Origin: Candidatus Latescibacterota bacterium
GTDB lineage: Bacteria; Latescibacterota; UBA2968; UBA8231
DNA length: 64,000 nucleotides
Assembly (NCBI GenBank): GCA_965242865.1
Contig: CBDETK010000013.1
Location: 2,688,001 to 2,752,000 of the forward strand
Direction of reading: 5' to 3'
Shown here: positions 29,250 through 39,132 of the stretch, piece after piece
Numbering within the stretch: position 1 is the stretch's first letter
Layout of the letters: each line of letters starts with the position of its first letter
Notes under the pieces: generated by a model
What the model was told of the DNA's origin: nothing
The model's database searches: none
Seen by the model: the letters and a program-made list of their open reading frames with translations, nothing else
Program-made: the position numbers and the translations under genes

Positions 29250-30824
29250 ATGCGCTTTTTCACTACCGCTGGCCCCATCAAGCCGGCCAGGCACTATTGC
29301 ATCCCGCCGTTGGAACGCTTGAACCTCGCCGCGGTACTCGCTCTCATTCGGGACGAAAAGTATTTCGTCCTGCACGCACCTCGGCAGACGGGCAAGACCT
29401 CTATCCTGCTGGCCTTGCGCGACCTGCTCAACGCCGAGGGCCTCTACCGTTGCGTGTACGTCAATGTCGAAGGGGGGCAAGCCGCCCGCGAGGATGTGGA
29501 ACAAGTGACGCGCACCATGCTGGGCGAGTTGGCCCTCCGAGCACTCTCGACGCTGGACGACGGGTTTCTCGACGCGAGTTGGCCCGACATCTTGACCAAG
29601 TACGGTCCGCACGCGGCCTTGCGTGCAGCGTTGACGCGCTGGGCCAAAGCCGATCCGAAACCGCTGGTGCTGCTCATCGACGAGATCGACGCGCTGATCG
29701 GCGACTCGCTCCTGTCCGTGTTGCGGCAGTTGCGGGCGGGCTATGACCTGCGGCCAGCAGGGTTTCCGCAAAGCGTGGTGCTGTGCGGGGTGCGCGACGT
29801 GCGCGATTACCGCATCCATTCTAGTTCGGCCAACGCGATTATCGCCGGAGGGAGCGCGTTCAACATCAAATCGCGCTCATTGCGCTTAGGCGACTTTTCG
29901 CAGGACGAGGTGCAAGCTCTGCTCGGCCAGCACACTGAAGAGACGGGTCAGGTATTCACGCCAGACGCACTGGAAACGATCTGGACGCAGACCCAAGGGC
30001 AGCCATGGTTGGTCAACGCCTTGGCCGATCAAACCTGCTTCCGCGATGACGCCGCTGACCGGCGCGAGCCAATCACGGCCACGGCCATCATCGCGGCGAA
30101 AGAGCACCTCATCCTGCGGTGCGAAACCCACCTCGACCAATTGGCGGACAAGCTCCAAGAAGAGCGCGTACGGCGCATCGTGGAGCCGCTGTTGAGCGGG
30201 GCTGAAAAGAGCGACTTCTCGGCCCGCGATCTCGAATACGTGCGCGATCTGGGTCTCGTGGCTCAAGACCGCCCCCTCCGCATCGCCAATCCGATCTACG
30301 CCGAGGTCATTCCCCGCGAACTGACCTGGGTGATCCAAGAGGAATTTAATCAGGACACGGCTTGGTACGTCCATGCCGACGGCCGCTTGGACGTGGTCAA
30401 ACTGCTGACCGCATTCCAGACGTTCTTCCGCGAACACTCCGAACATTGGGTCAAGCGGTTCCAGTATCAAGAGGCCGGTCCGCAGTTGCTGTTGCAGGCG
30501 TTTTTGCAACGGATCGTCAACAGCGGCGGGCGCATTGAGCGCGAGTATGGCTTGGGTCGGAAACGGACCGATCTGCTCCTCGTCTGGCCGCAGGGCGAGC
30601 GGGAGCGCAAGTTCGTGATCGAGTGCAAAGTGCTCCACAAGAGCTTGGAGCAGACTATCGCCGAGGGGTTGGCGCAGACCGCCGAATATATGGACCGTTG
30701 CGCGGCCGAGGCGGGTCATTTAGTGATTTTCGACCGGCGCGAGGGTCGGCGTTGGGAGGACAAGGTGTTTCGGGAGCGCCGAGCGTCGGATAGTGGGACG
30801 GAGATCGACATCTGGGGCTTATGA
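29250..30824 (+). CDS. AAA-like (AAA_35/STAND-like) ATPase with C-terminal PD-(D/E)XK nuclease, copy B
   Basis: APRQTGKTS Walker A, LLIDEID Walker B, EREY..RTDL..VIECK. Confidence 0.88.
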   Translation: MRFFTTAGPIKPARHYCIPPLERLNLAAVLALIRDEKYFVLHAPRQTGKTSILLALRDLLNAEGLYRCVYVNVEGGQAAREDVEQVTRTMLGELALRALSTLDDGFLDASWPDILTKYGPHAALRAALTRWAKADPKPLVLLIDEIDALIGDSLLSVLRQLRAGYDLRPAGFPQSVVLCGVRDVRDYRIHSSSANAIIAGGSAFNIKSRSLRLGDFSQDEVQALLGQHTEETGQVFTPDALETIWTQTQGQPWLVNALADQTCFRDDAADRREPITATAIIAAKEHLILRCETHLDQLADKLQEERVRRIVEPLLSGAEKSDFSARDLEYVRDLGLVAQDRPLRIANPIYAEVIPRELTWVIQEEFNQDTAWYVHADGRLDVVKLLTAFQTFFREHSEHWVKRFQYQEAGPQLLLQAFLQRIVNSGGRIEREYGLGRKRTDLLLVWPQGERERKFVIECKVLHKSLEQTIAEGLAQTAEYMDRCAAEAGHLVIFDRREGRRWEDKVFRERRASDSGTEIDIWGL

Positions 30825-30882
30825 GGACAGCGGCGGTGGCAATGAACTGATGCAGGAGTTGACTTTCTTTTTTCCCTACCTA

Positions 30883-30900
30883 GCTTGACATAAGTCAAGC
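30883..30900. promoter_or_regulatory. Palindromic operator-like site containing TTGACA
   Basis: GCTTGAC-ATAA-GTCAAGC at the head of the island cargo. Confidence 0.45.
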
Positions 30901-30942
30901 CCATGCAGACGCTGGCGGATATTCGCATGGATATTCTGGCAT

Positions 30943-31077
30943 TGGCATGGGGAATCCCTGTCAGGTGCTTTCGAGTACCCAGAAAAACGCGAGGAGTTCC
31001 GCAAAGAATTGGAGGCTCTACAAAAAAACTTACTCAATTACAATCGCATGCTGGCAGAGATTGCTGGTGTAGAATAA
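30943..31077 (+). pseudogene. C-terminal remnant of a hypothetical helical protein
   Basis: WHGESLSGAFEYPEKREEFRKELEALQKNLLNYNRMLAEIAGVE*; no start codon; recalled similarity to genes found beside TIR/caspase operons. Confidence 0.4.
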
Positions 31078-31093
31078 AAACGTCCTAGGGAAT

Positions 31094-31876
31094 GTGGAGC
31101 TGAATGTCGTTTTTAGCAGTAGCGTCGCGCCCAATGCGACACTGCCTCTTGCTATCGACTTGGATGAGGCAGCGACGACAGCGGTCGTCGTGCTGGCGGA
31201 GTCCGAACTTGTGGGAGACTCTAAATGGATGGATTACGTTCACAATCTCGCCGAACACACCGAAGATAGCGGATTTGGCTCGCGGTTGTTCCCGATAATG
31301 ATGGAAGAGGCGGGCCTCAAGATGGAAATTGGCGAACAGGCCCTGCGCTGGGATCGTTGGGAAGGAACCGACGCAGAACGCGGCCAACGCCTCGTCCGGG
31401 AACTCGTGTATGAGTTCAGTCGGATGCTCCGGCGTTATCTCGCGCACCTCAGGCATCCAGAAGCAGACGACAAGGGCCTTGAGCACTACTTGGAGAAAGT
31501 GCAGATTTTTCTCAGCCATTCAAAACACGACAACGATGGGGAACGCATCGCCAAGAGTATTCGAGATTGGTTGCACCAGAACAGCGGGCTGTCGAGTTTT
31601 TTTGACATAATAGATATTCCCGCGGGTGTACGTTTTCAGGATGTCCTTTACCACCAAGTTAAGAGGAGCGTGGTCGTGGCTGTACATACTGATTCCTACT
31701 CGTCGCGTGAATGGTGTCGGCGCGAGATCATCGAAGCGAAACTCCAGAATGTTCCGATGATTGTGGTCAATTGTATGACGGATATTGACGAGCGCGGCTT
31801 TCCGTACATGGGCAATGTGCCCATCGTGCGGATGGCTCCGAATGAGACCTTGAGCCAGTGGCTCGCGGAGGTGTAG
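31094..31876 (+). CDS. TIR domain protein (possibly shortened)
   Basis: IFLSHSKHD, FFD..DIPAG, YSSREWCRREI with catalytic Glu. Confidence 0.85.
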   Translation: MELNVVFSSSVAPNATLPLAIDLDEAATTAVVVLAESELVGDSKWMDYVHNLAEHTEDSGFGSRLFPIMMEEAGLKMEIGEQALRWDRWEGTDAERGQRLVRELVYEFSRMLRRYLAHLRHPEADDKGLEHYLEKVQIFLSHSKHDNDGERIAKSIRDWLHQNSGLSSFFDIIDIPAGVRFQDVLYHQVKRSVVVAVHTDSYSSREWCRREIIEAKLQNVPMIVVNCMTDIDERGFPYMGNVPIVRMAPNETLSQWLAEV

Positions 31877-31878
31877 CG

Positions 31879-33264
31879 ATGGCCTATATGCCAACGATTG
31901 CTGGCAACACAGTGGCAATCTCGATCTCGGAAAGCCCAGATATGTCGGTATTTGGGCTAAGCGACGCGCATCTGCGCGATGCCATGGATAGACTCGCGCT
32001 GCATTTACTCTCGTCCGGTGCTCGCCTCGCCTATGGTGGCGATCTGCGGAAGGACGGATTTACGGAATGGTTGTTTGAACTGGTGCGTCGCTACCGGCGC
32101 GAGACGAGTGAAACCCAGATTGGCGTGACCAATTACCTCGCATGGCCGAACCATATAAGCATGTCCGCGGACGAACTCGAAAAAATTTCTAACAGCTTTA
32201 ACGACACTGGAGAATTGGTCTGCCTAACGCAGGATGGCCGCTTTTTGGAACCGCGGAAATGGCGCAAACGTGTATTGCACCAGCCAAGCACTGAGGAATG
32301 GGCCATCGGATTGACCGCCATGCGGCGCGTCATGCGCGAGGCGACCCAAGCGAGAGTCGTATTAGGTGGGAAAGTCGCCGGTTACAAAGGCACTATGCCC
32401 GGCATTGCGGAGGAAGCCCTGCTGTCGCTCCAGAAACGTCAGCCGCTGTTCCTGTTGGGTGGCTTCGGCGGCTGTACCCGGGACATTGCCGAGACCCTCG
32501 GGCTGGTTGAGCGTTGGGCAGGCTCCCGCTCTGCTTGGCCGGGCCGCCAGAAATTCGCGGCGTTCTCGCCCGATACTGGCTTGAGCAATGGGCTTTCGGA
32601 GGATGAAAACGCCACCCTCGCCCATACACCGCATATAGATCAAGCAACCATACTGGTCATGCAGGGGCTACACCGACTTGGACTCCAAAAGGAGAAAGAT
32701 ATGAGCCAAACGAATAGGCACAAAGTATTCGTCAGTTTCCATCACGAAGATCAAGAGTACAAGGACCTGTTCGTCCGCATGATGGGAGACGATATGGTGG
32801 ATAGATCGGTTGAAGATGGCGACATAGGTGACCTCAATATCAAAACGGAAACTCTGCGCCAAAAAATCCGCGACGACTTCATTGCCGACGCAACTGTAAC
32901 GATTGTGTTGATTGGCCCTTGCACTTGGAAACGGAAGCATGTGGATTGGGAGATCGGATCCAGCTTGAGGAAAACGGATAATAACCCCCGCTGCGGTCTG
33001 TTGGGGATTCTGTTGCCCAATCACCCAGATTTTGGGACGGGAAAGTACCATCCTCACCTGATACCGCCGAGGCTGGCGGATAACTGCGGAGACGATGCCC
33101 CCTACGCCTGCATTTACAATTGGCCCGGCCAGCAGGCGACGGGTCAGATTCGCCAATGGATTCACAAGGCATTTCTAAGAAAAGATGGAACGCCGCCCGA
33201 CAACAGTCGGGATCTGTTTGGAAAAAACAGGGGCGGCGATTGTTCAGAGGGCTGGGTGGACTAG
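31879..33264 (+). CDS. SLOG domain fused to ThsB-like TIR (DUF1863)
   Basis: AISISES, AYGGDLR, LTAMR, LGGK..GY.G.MPGIAEE, GGFGG; then KVFVSFHH, VLIG..TW.RKHVDWEI; internal RBS and ATG at 32701. Confidence 0.85.
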   Translation: MAYMPTIAGNTVAISISESPDMSVFGLSDAHLRDAMDRLALHLLSSGARLAYGGDLRKDGFTEWLFELVRRYRRETSETQIGVTNYLAWPNHISMSADELEKISNSFNDTGELVCLTQDGRFLEPRKWRKRVLHQPSTEEWAIGLTAMRRVMREATQARVVLGGKVAGYKGTMPGIAEEALLSLQKRQPLFLLGGFGGCTRDIAETLGLVERWAGSRSAWPGRQKFAAFSPDTGLSNGLSEDENATLAHTPHIDQATILVMQGLHRLGLQKEKDMSQTNRHKVFVSFHHEDQEYKDLFVRMMGDDMVDRSVEDGDIGDLNIKTETLRQKIRDDFIADATVTIVLIGPCTWKRKHVDWEIGSSLRKTDNNPRCGLLGILLPNHPDFGTGKYHPHLIPPRLADNCGDDAPYACIYNWPGQQATGQIRQWIHKAFLRKDGTPPDNSRDLFGKNRGGDCSEGWVD

Positions 33265-33318
33265 ATCGGCGTGTGGGCGTTGGGCGATAAATCATTAGTT
33301 GTGACTCGGGATGGTGGA

Positions 33319-34716
33319 ATGGCTACAAACCTGAAACCCTACCCCTCCTACAAGCCCTCCGGCGTCGAGTGGCTCGGCGAGGTGCCCGCGCATTGGGAGG
33401 TGCGACGAGTCAAGCACGCATTTAGACGAATCGTCGGAGGATCAACGCCATTGAGCAACGAGATGGCCTACTGGGATGGCACGATTATTTGGGTCACGCC
33501 AACCGACATCGGCAGAGTGACACGGTTGCGGGACTCTCTGCGTCGGATTACGAGAAAGGGGTTTGACTCTTGCTCCGCTACATTAGTGCCTGTTGGAAGT
33601 TTAGTGGTCACGTCGAGAGCACCCGTAGGAAACGTGGCTCTTGCAGAAGTCCCGCTCTGTACCAATCAAGGTTGCAAAGCCTTGGTTCCAGATAGCCAAG
33701 TCATTGCTTCTGCCTATGGCTATCAAGTGTTTGGGATACTCAAAGATGAGCTTCAGAGCTTGGCCAATGGCACTACATTTACCGAAATTTCAACCAACGC
33801 TCTCGGAAATGTTTTATTGCCCATCCCGCCCCTCCCCGAGCAAGCCGCCATCGTCCGCTATCTCGACCACACCGACGGACGCATTCGCCGCTACCTCCGC
33901 AGCCGGAAACGGCTCATCGAGTTGCTCAAAGAGTATCGACAGGCCGTCGTCCACGAGGCGGTCACACGCGGGCTTGACCCGGACGTGTCCCTCAAGCCCT
34001 CCGGCGTCGAGTGGCTCGGCGACGTACCGACGCATTGGGAGGTGCGACGACTGCGATACGCTGTTAAAATGAAGGTGAGTAACGTTGATAAACACAGCAA
34101 AGACGAAGAGCTTCCCGTCCGACTTTGCAATTATGTTGACGTGTACAAAAACGACCGCATTACCGAGAGGGTGCCGTTTATGAGAGCCACGGCAAAGGTG
34201 GATGAAATGGATCGCTTCCGGTTAGAAATAGGCGACGTTCTGATTACCAAAGATTCGGAAGTATGGAACGACATTGGGGTGCCTGCGTTTGTTGAGTATT
34301 CGGCAAGAGATTTGGTTTGCGGGTATCATTTGGCCTTGTTGCGTTCAATGAAGAGTGTGCTCAATGGTGCGTATCTATTCTATTCTTTACAGAGTTCGGC
34401 GATTGCTTCTCAGTTCCATATCGCGGCCAACGGGGTAACTCGCTATGGCTTGTCTCATCATGCCATCAAATCCGCGCTTTTGCCCATTCCATCCCTCGCC
34501 GAGCAAGCCGCCATCGTCCGCTATCTCGACAAACAGACCGCCGCCATCGACGCTGCCATGGCTCGCGCCCAGCAGGAGATCGAATTGTTGAGCGAATACC
34601 GTATCCGTCTGATTGCCGACGTGGTCACCGGCCAAGTGGATGTGCGCGAGGCAGCCGAACTATCTTATCTCGGACAAGGTGATAGCACCAAAGGCGATGG
34701 TGGAGAAGGTAGCTAG
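33319..34716 (+). CDS. hsdS: Type I R-M specificity subunit
   Basis: Duplicated KPSGVEWLG and P/SLxEQAAIVRYLD conserved regions around two TRDs. Confidence 0.95.
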   Translation: MATNLKPYPSYKPSGVEWLGEVPAHWEVRRVKHAFRRIVGGSTPLSNEMAYWDGTIIWVTPTDIGRVTRLRDSLRRITRKGFDSCSATLVPVGSLVVTSRAPVGNVALAEVPLCTNQGCKALVPDSQVIASAYGYQVFGILKDELQSLANGTTFTEISTNALGNVLLPIPPLPEQAAIVRYLDHTDGRIRRYLRSRKRLIELLKEYRQAVVHEAVTRGLDPDVSLKPSGVEWLGDVPTHWEVRRLRYAVKMKVSNVDKHSKDEELPVRLCNYVDVYKNDRITERVPFMRATAKVDEMDRFRLEIGDVLITKDSEVWNDIGVPAFVEYSARDLVCGYHLALLRSMKSVLNGAYLFYSLQSSAIASQFHIAANGVTRYGLSHHAIKSALLPIPSLAEQAAIVRYLDKQTAAIDAAMARAQQEIELLSEYRIRLIADVVTGQVDVREAAELSYLGQGDSTKGDGGEGS

Positions 34717-34743
34717 CACTGGAAAACTCAGGAGGAGTGCAAA

Positions 34744-36834
34744 ATGAAATTGACCATAAAGCAGTTTCGAGTTCTGAATTACCGCAACATTGACGATAGC
34801 GGCTGGATCCCACTCGAGCGCGTGACGGCTTTTGTTGGCCGGAACGAATCCGGCAAGACTACTCTGCTAAAGGCCCTGCACAAGTTCAATCCGGCAACCA
34901 CTGAGCCTTACAACGCGCAATGGGATTTTCCGCGTGACCGATTCACGGCTGAGTATCGAGATGGTAGCAAATGGCCGGTTTGTGAGGTAGAATTTGAACT
35001 TTCGGCTGAATTTCAACAGGAACTTAGGGAACAGTTGAACGGTTCTGAGATACCGAATAAGGCGATTTTGACGCGATTCTATGACGGGTCTCTAAAGTTC
35101 AAATACGACATAGAGATTCCGCTGGACCTGATTGATCCTGATGAGTTACAAGAGACGCTGAATGTATTCGCGAAAGAGGCACGGCGGCTTTCGTCCCCAG
35201 ACTATCAAGAGCATGAAATGCAAGGGATCAGGACAAATCTGGCGAATTGGGCTGATGAAAAGAAAGACGCTATTGCGGGATTCCAAGATTTGCGAACCGA
35301 TGAAGGTGTTAGACTGTTGCGCCAAGTGAGGGAAGAAGTGAACAGATTTGCACATCCTACAACGGCCGATCTCATTGAGGTTCTAAATGAGAAGGTCAAT
35401 TGTCTGCTCAGCCAAGCTGAAAAGCCCTCAATTCCAGAACAGCTTGATAAAGCTGTCGAGAGTGAGCTGCCTGTTTTTATTTATTTTGAGAACTATGGAA
35501 TCCTTGACAGCGCGGTGTACTTGCCGCGATTCTTGGAGGATTTGAGGTCGAAACAGCAAGTTTCGCGTATTCGGACTATCAATGCGATGTTCAAACATGT
35601 TAATCTCACTGCCAAAGAAATTGCAGATTTAGGCGATGGAGAGACAAGACAAGCACGCAGATATGGTTCTCAAGTTACCGAAGGTATGATTCAAAATGAT
35701 CAGGAGCAGGTGGCTCTGCGAAGTATCAAGTTAAACTCGGCATCTAATGATATTTCAAAAAAATTTAGCCAGTGGTTTGGTCAGAGGCGACACAAAATCA
35801 GCTATCAGGCTGACGGCGATTATTTTCGTATATGGGTATCTGACGATCGAAGACCAAATGTGGATATAGAATTGGAAAGTCGTAGCAAAGGCTTTCAATG
35901 GTTCTTCTCGTTTTACTTGCTGTTTTTGGTGGAATCAGAGGAAGGGCACAAGGACGCTGTCTTACTATTAGACGAGCCGGGGTTACACTTGCACCCAACC
36001 GCACAGCAAGAACTACTATCGTTTTTTGAAAAATTGTCGGAAGATAATCCGCTTATCTACACCACGCACTCTCCGTTCTTGATAGATGGCGAGTATATAC
36101 ACCGCGTTCGGCCTGTAACCGAAGATGAAACCGGACATTCGCGCATCAGTATCGATGGCTGGCCGAAAGACAGGGAAACGATTTTCCCTCTGCAAGCGGC
36201 GGCGGGTTACGCAATGGTACGCGGGCTTTTCCAGCATAAAAAGAACGTGTTGGTGGAAGGGATGGCGGATTACCTTTATCTCCACAGTCTGAATCTTCAT
36301 TGTCGTGCTCTCAGGCGTCAGAGTTTATCTGACGATATCTACATAACGCCGTGTGGAGGAACCAAAAACGTTGGTCATATCGCGTCGTTGTTCCTTGGGC
36401 AGAAAGTGCGTCCGGTGATCTTGCTTGATGGCGACACTGCTGGGAGGGCACGGCGAGATTCCCTGATGAAGGAATTGTATGCGGGCAATGAAAAGGCAGT
36501 ATTGATGTTGGGAGATGTGTTAGACCAAGAGGAGTGCGAGGTTGAGGATATCATTGGTGAGGAGACAATTCTGGCAGCACTGAGTGAGTTCGTTGACAAG
36601 ACAGTAAGTCTGAACCAAGATGATCGTAACCGAGGTAGCCTCGTTGACCAAATCAGGTGTGCTACTGATCGAGATAACATAGAGTTGCCAGAAGGCTGGA
36701 AGCCAGAGGTTGCGCGCCAGATCGTCTTATCGTGGTCGACGGCTAAGTCAACAGAAATACCGGAAGACATTTTGGATAGGGCAGAGAGACTATTCAAGGA
36801 ATTGACGAGGCGTTTTGAAGATATAGATCTGTAA
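34744..36834 (+). CDS. OLD-family ABC ATPase-TOPRIM nuclease
   Basis: GRNESGKT, RSKGFQ, LLLDEP, TTHSP; TOPRIM VEG..D and DGD; visibly lower GC. Confidence 0.85.
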   Translation: MKLTIKQFRVLNYRNIDDSGWIPLERVTAFVGRNESGKTTLLKALHKFNPATTEPYNAQWDFPRDRFTAEYRDGSKWPVCEVEFELSAEFQQELREQLNGSEIPNKAILTRFYDGSLKFKYDIEIPLDLIDPDELQETLNVFAKEARRLSSPDYQEHEMQGIRTNLANWADEKKDAIAGFQDLRTDEGVRLLRQVREEVNRFAHPTTADLIEVLNEKVNCLLSQAEKPSIPEQLDKAVESELPVFIYFENYGILDSAVYLPRFLEDLRSKQQVSRIRTINAMFKHVNLTAKEIADLGDGETRQARRYGSQVTEGMIQNDQEQVALRSIKLNSASNDISKKFSQWFGQRRHKISYQADGDYFRIWVSDDRRPNVDIELESRSKGFQWFFSFYLLFLVESEEGHKDAVLLLDEPGLHLHPTAQQELLSFFEKLSEDNPLIYTTHSPFLIDGEYIHRVRPVTEDETGHSRISIDGWPKDRETIFPLQAAAGYAMVRGLFQHKKNVLVEGMADYLYLHSLNLHCRALRRQSLSDDIYITPCGGTKNVGHIASLFLGQKVRPVILLDGDTAGRARRDSLMKELYAGNEKAVLMLGDVLDQEECEVEDIIGEETILAALSEFVDKTVSLNQDDRNRGSLVDQIRCATDRDNIELPEGWKPEVARQIVLSWSTAKSTEIPEDILDRAERLFKELTRRFEDIDL

Positions 36835-36870
36835 ATTAAGGACGTTCCGTGTAGGGAAGGCAAACCGACC

Positions 36871-37929
36871 ATGATCAAATACAAGACCGGCGACATTCTC
36901 GCGGAAGATGCCGAAGCTCTGGTCAACACCGTCAACTGCGTCGGGGTCATGGGGCGTGGCATCGCGCTACAGTTCAAGCGTGCCTTTCCCGAAAATTTCA
37001 AAGCCTACGCCGCACGGTGCAAGCGCGGCGCAATGCAACCGGGACAGGTGTTCGTCTTCGAGACCGGGCAACTTATCCATCCCCATTACATCATCAACTT
37101 TCCCACCAAACGGCACTGGCGGGGCAAAAGCCGCTTGGAGGATATCGAATCCGGCTTGGTGTCGCTCGCAACAGAAATACGAACGCGGGGCATCCGCTCC
37201 ATTGCCATCCCCCCGCTTGGCAGCGGGCTGGGTGGCTTGGAGTGGTCGGAAGTACGCCGGCGTGTGCAGGCGGCTTTGGAGAAATTTGACGATGTGAAGG
37301 TCGTCGTATTTGAGCCTAGCGGCCCGGTGGATCAAAGGGCCAATCGTTCGCGCGAGGTCCCGGAAATGACAGCAGGACGGGCCGCGCTTATCGGGCTAAT
37401 GGACCGCTACCTACGCGGTCTGCTGGATCCATTCATTACCCTGCTCGAAGTACACAAGCTCATGTACTTCATGCAGACCGCTGGCGAGCCGTTGAGGCTG
37501 CGATTCGCCAAAGGTCCTTACGGTCCTTACGCCGATAACCTCCGGCACGTCTTGCATGCCATGGAAGGACACTTTGTGTCCGGTTACGCAGACGGGGGCG
37601 ATGCTCCCCACAAAGAATTGGAACTGGTGCCGGGTGCGCTTGAGGATGCACGCACCTTTCTCGCGAACACGCCGCAAACGCCCGCCCGCTTTGAAAAGGT
37701 GGCCGCCCTCGTTGAGGGGTTTGAGTCGTCCTTTGGCTTGGAATTGCTGGCCACCGTCCATTGGGTCGTCCGCGAAGAGCAGGCATCGACCCTTGCCGAG
37801 GTCGTCGAGCGAACCTATATGTGGAACGAGCGAAAGAGACAGTTCACCCGCCGACAACTCGGCATTGCCCTCGATGTGCTCGCCGAGAAGAACTGGATAG
37901 AAGGCCCCCGCGCACCCCACACCCCATGA
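36871..37929 (+). CDS. darG: DarG macrodomain antitoxin (no darT present)
   Basis: LVNTVNCVGVMGRGIA, NFPTKRHW, PPLGSGLGG, KLMYF, GLELLATVHW. Confidence 0.9.
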   Translation: MIKYKTGDILAEDAEALVNTVNCVGVMGRGIALQFKRAFPENFKAYAARCKRGAMQPGQVFVFETGQLIHPHYIINFPTKRHWRGKSRLEDIESGLVSLATEIRTRGIRSIAIPPLGSGLGGLEWSEVRRRVQAALEKFDDVKVVVFEPSGPVDQRANRSREVPEMTAGRAALIGLMDRYLRGLLDPFITLLEVHKLMYFMQTAGEPLRLRFAKGPYGPYADNLRHVLHAMEGHFVSGYADGGDAPHKELELVPGALEDARTFLANTPQTPARFEKVAALVEGFESSFGLELLATVHWVVREEQASTLAEVVERTYMWNERKRQFTRRQLGIALDVLAEKNWIEGPRAPHTP

Positions 37930-37999
37930 CCGCCGCCATGGCCCGCGCCCAGCGGGAGATCGAATTGCTGAGCGAATACCGGACGCGCCTGATCGCCGA
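37928..37999 (+). pseudogene. hsdS 3' conserved-region remnant
   Basis: Matches 34536-34619 apart from a 12-bp deletion (AMARAQREIELLSEYRTRLIAD). Confidence 0.9.
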
Positions 38000-38002
38000 T
38001 AA

Positions 38003-38176
38003 GTGGGCGAAAAGCATAAGCATCGGTGGTCCGAACGGTATCGGGACAAGGAAGCCTATATTCCGAATGACATCACCGCGTCGATTGCGGAACCCGCGGA
38101 TGTTTGGAAGCAATTTTGTGGAGAAGCGGGTATTGAACACAATGGTAGGATGAACCCACCGGAGATATTCCAATGA
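38003..38176 (+). pseudogene. C-terminal remnant of a DUF6978-like partner gene
   Basis: VGEKHKHRWSERYRDKEAYIP...VWKQFCGEAGI; ATGA-coupled to the next gene; 5' end replaced by the hsdS fragment. Confidence 0.6.
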
Positions 38177-38937
38177 ACCATAGAGATATACAGGACGAAA
38201 TCGGCGCGTTGTTCACGTGTACGGAGCACGGCGACTATCAGCGGATTCGCACGCCGTATTTGTATCCCGATGGCGACAATATCGACCTGTTCTGCGCGGT
38301 CGATGGCGATGCGATAACCGTAACCGATCTCGCCGAGACCACGGGCTGGCTTTGGATGCAGTCGCTGTCGTTGCGGCGTTCTCCCAAGCAGAACCGCCTC
38401 ATTGAAGACACTTGTGTTACGCACGGGGTTGAGTTCTATCGCGGTATGCTCCAAGCGCGGTGTCGGCCCGGCGACTCGTTGGCCGCGGCGGTTACGCGCG
38501 TGGCGCAAGCGGCCCTGCGGGTCTCTGACCTGTGGTTCACGTTCCGAACTCGCGCCTTTGAATCAGTCACCGATGAAGTGGCTGCCTACCTGACCGAACG
38601 CGCATTGCCCTTTGATCGAGCCGAAAAATTAGTCGGTCGCTCAGGGCGCGATTGGACCATAGACTTCCGCATTCGCACCGGCGAGCGTAGTGCGCTAGTC
38701 TATGTGTTGAGCACCGGAAATCGATCCTCGGCACCTAAAGTCACCGAGCACGTACTGGCCGCTTGGCACGATCTATACCATCTCGCAACGGGTGCTGAAG
38801 CACTGCATTTCGTTTCCCTTTTTGACGACACCGCCGATGTTTGGGCAACGGCAGACTTCCATCTCGTCGAATCGCTGTCCACCGTGTCGCGCTGGTCAAA
38901 GCCGGATGAGTTCGCCGAAGTGTTGACGGAGGCTTGA
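38173..38937 (+). CDS. DUF1828/DUF1829-like protein
   Basis: IRTPYLYPDGDNIDL, VTDLAET, GRSG..W.IDF. Confidence 0.75.
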   Translation: MNHRDIQDEIGALFTCTEHGDYQRIRTPYLYPDGDNIDLFCAVDGDAITVTDLAETTGWLWMQSLSLRRSPKQNRLIEDTCVTHGVEFYRGMLQARCRPGDSLAAAVTRVAQAALRVSDLWFTFRTRAFESVTDEVAAYLTERALPFDRAEKLVGRSGRDWTIDFRIRTGERSALVYVLSTGNRSSAPKVTEHVLAAWHDLYHLATGAEALHFVSLFDDTADVWATADFHLVESLSTVSRWSKPDEFAEVLTEA

Positions 38938-39014
38938 GATGCTCCCCACAAAGAATTGGAACTGGTGCCGGGTGCGCTTGAGGATGCACGCACCTTTCTC
39001 GCGAACACGCCGCA
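38938..39014 (+). repeat. 77-bp exact copy of an internal darG segment
   Basis: Identical to 37600-37676. Confidence 0.95.
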
Positions 39015-39132
39015 TCCACAAACCATCTTCGGTCATAACGGATATCATTGCCCTTTTCGCGCCTTTCGCGTATTTCGTAGTAGAGTGCAACCGCTACGAT
39101 AGAAGAACCGCCCAACGAGGATAACCGGAACC

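Noticed and set aside
34744-36834. Complete Gabija or retron system
   Set aside because: No UvrD-like helicase or reverse transcriptase next to the OLD gene
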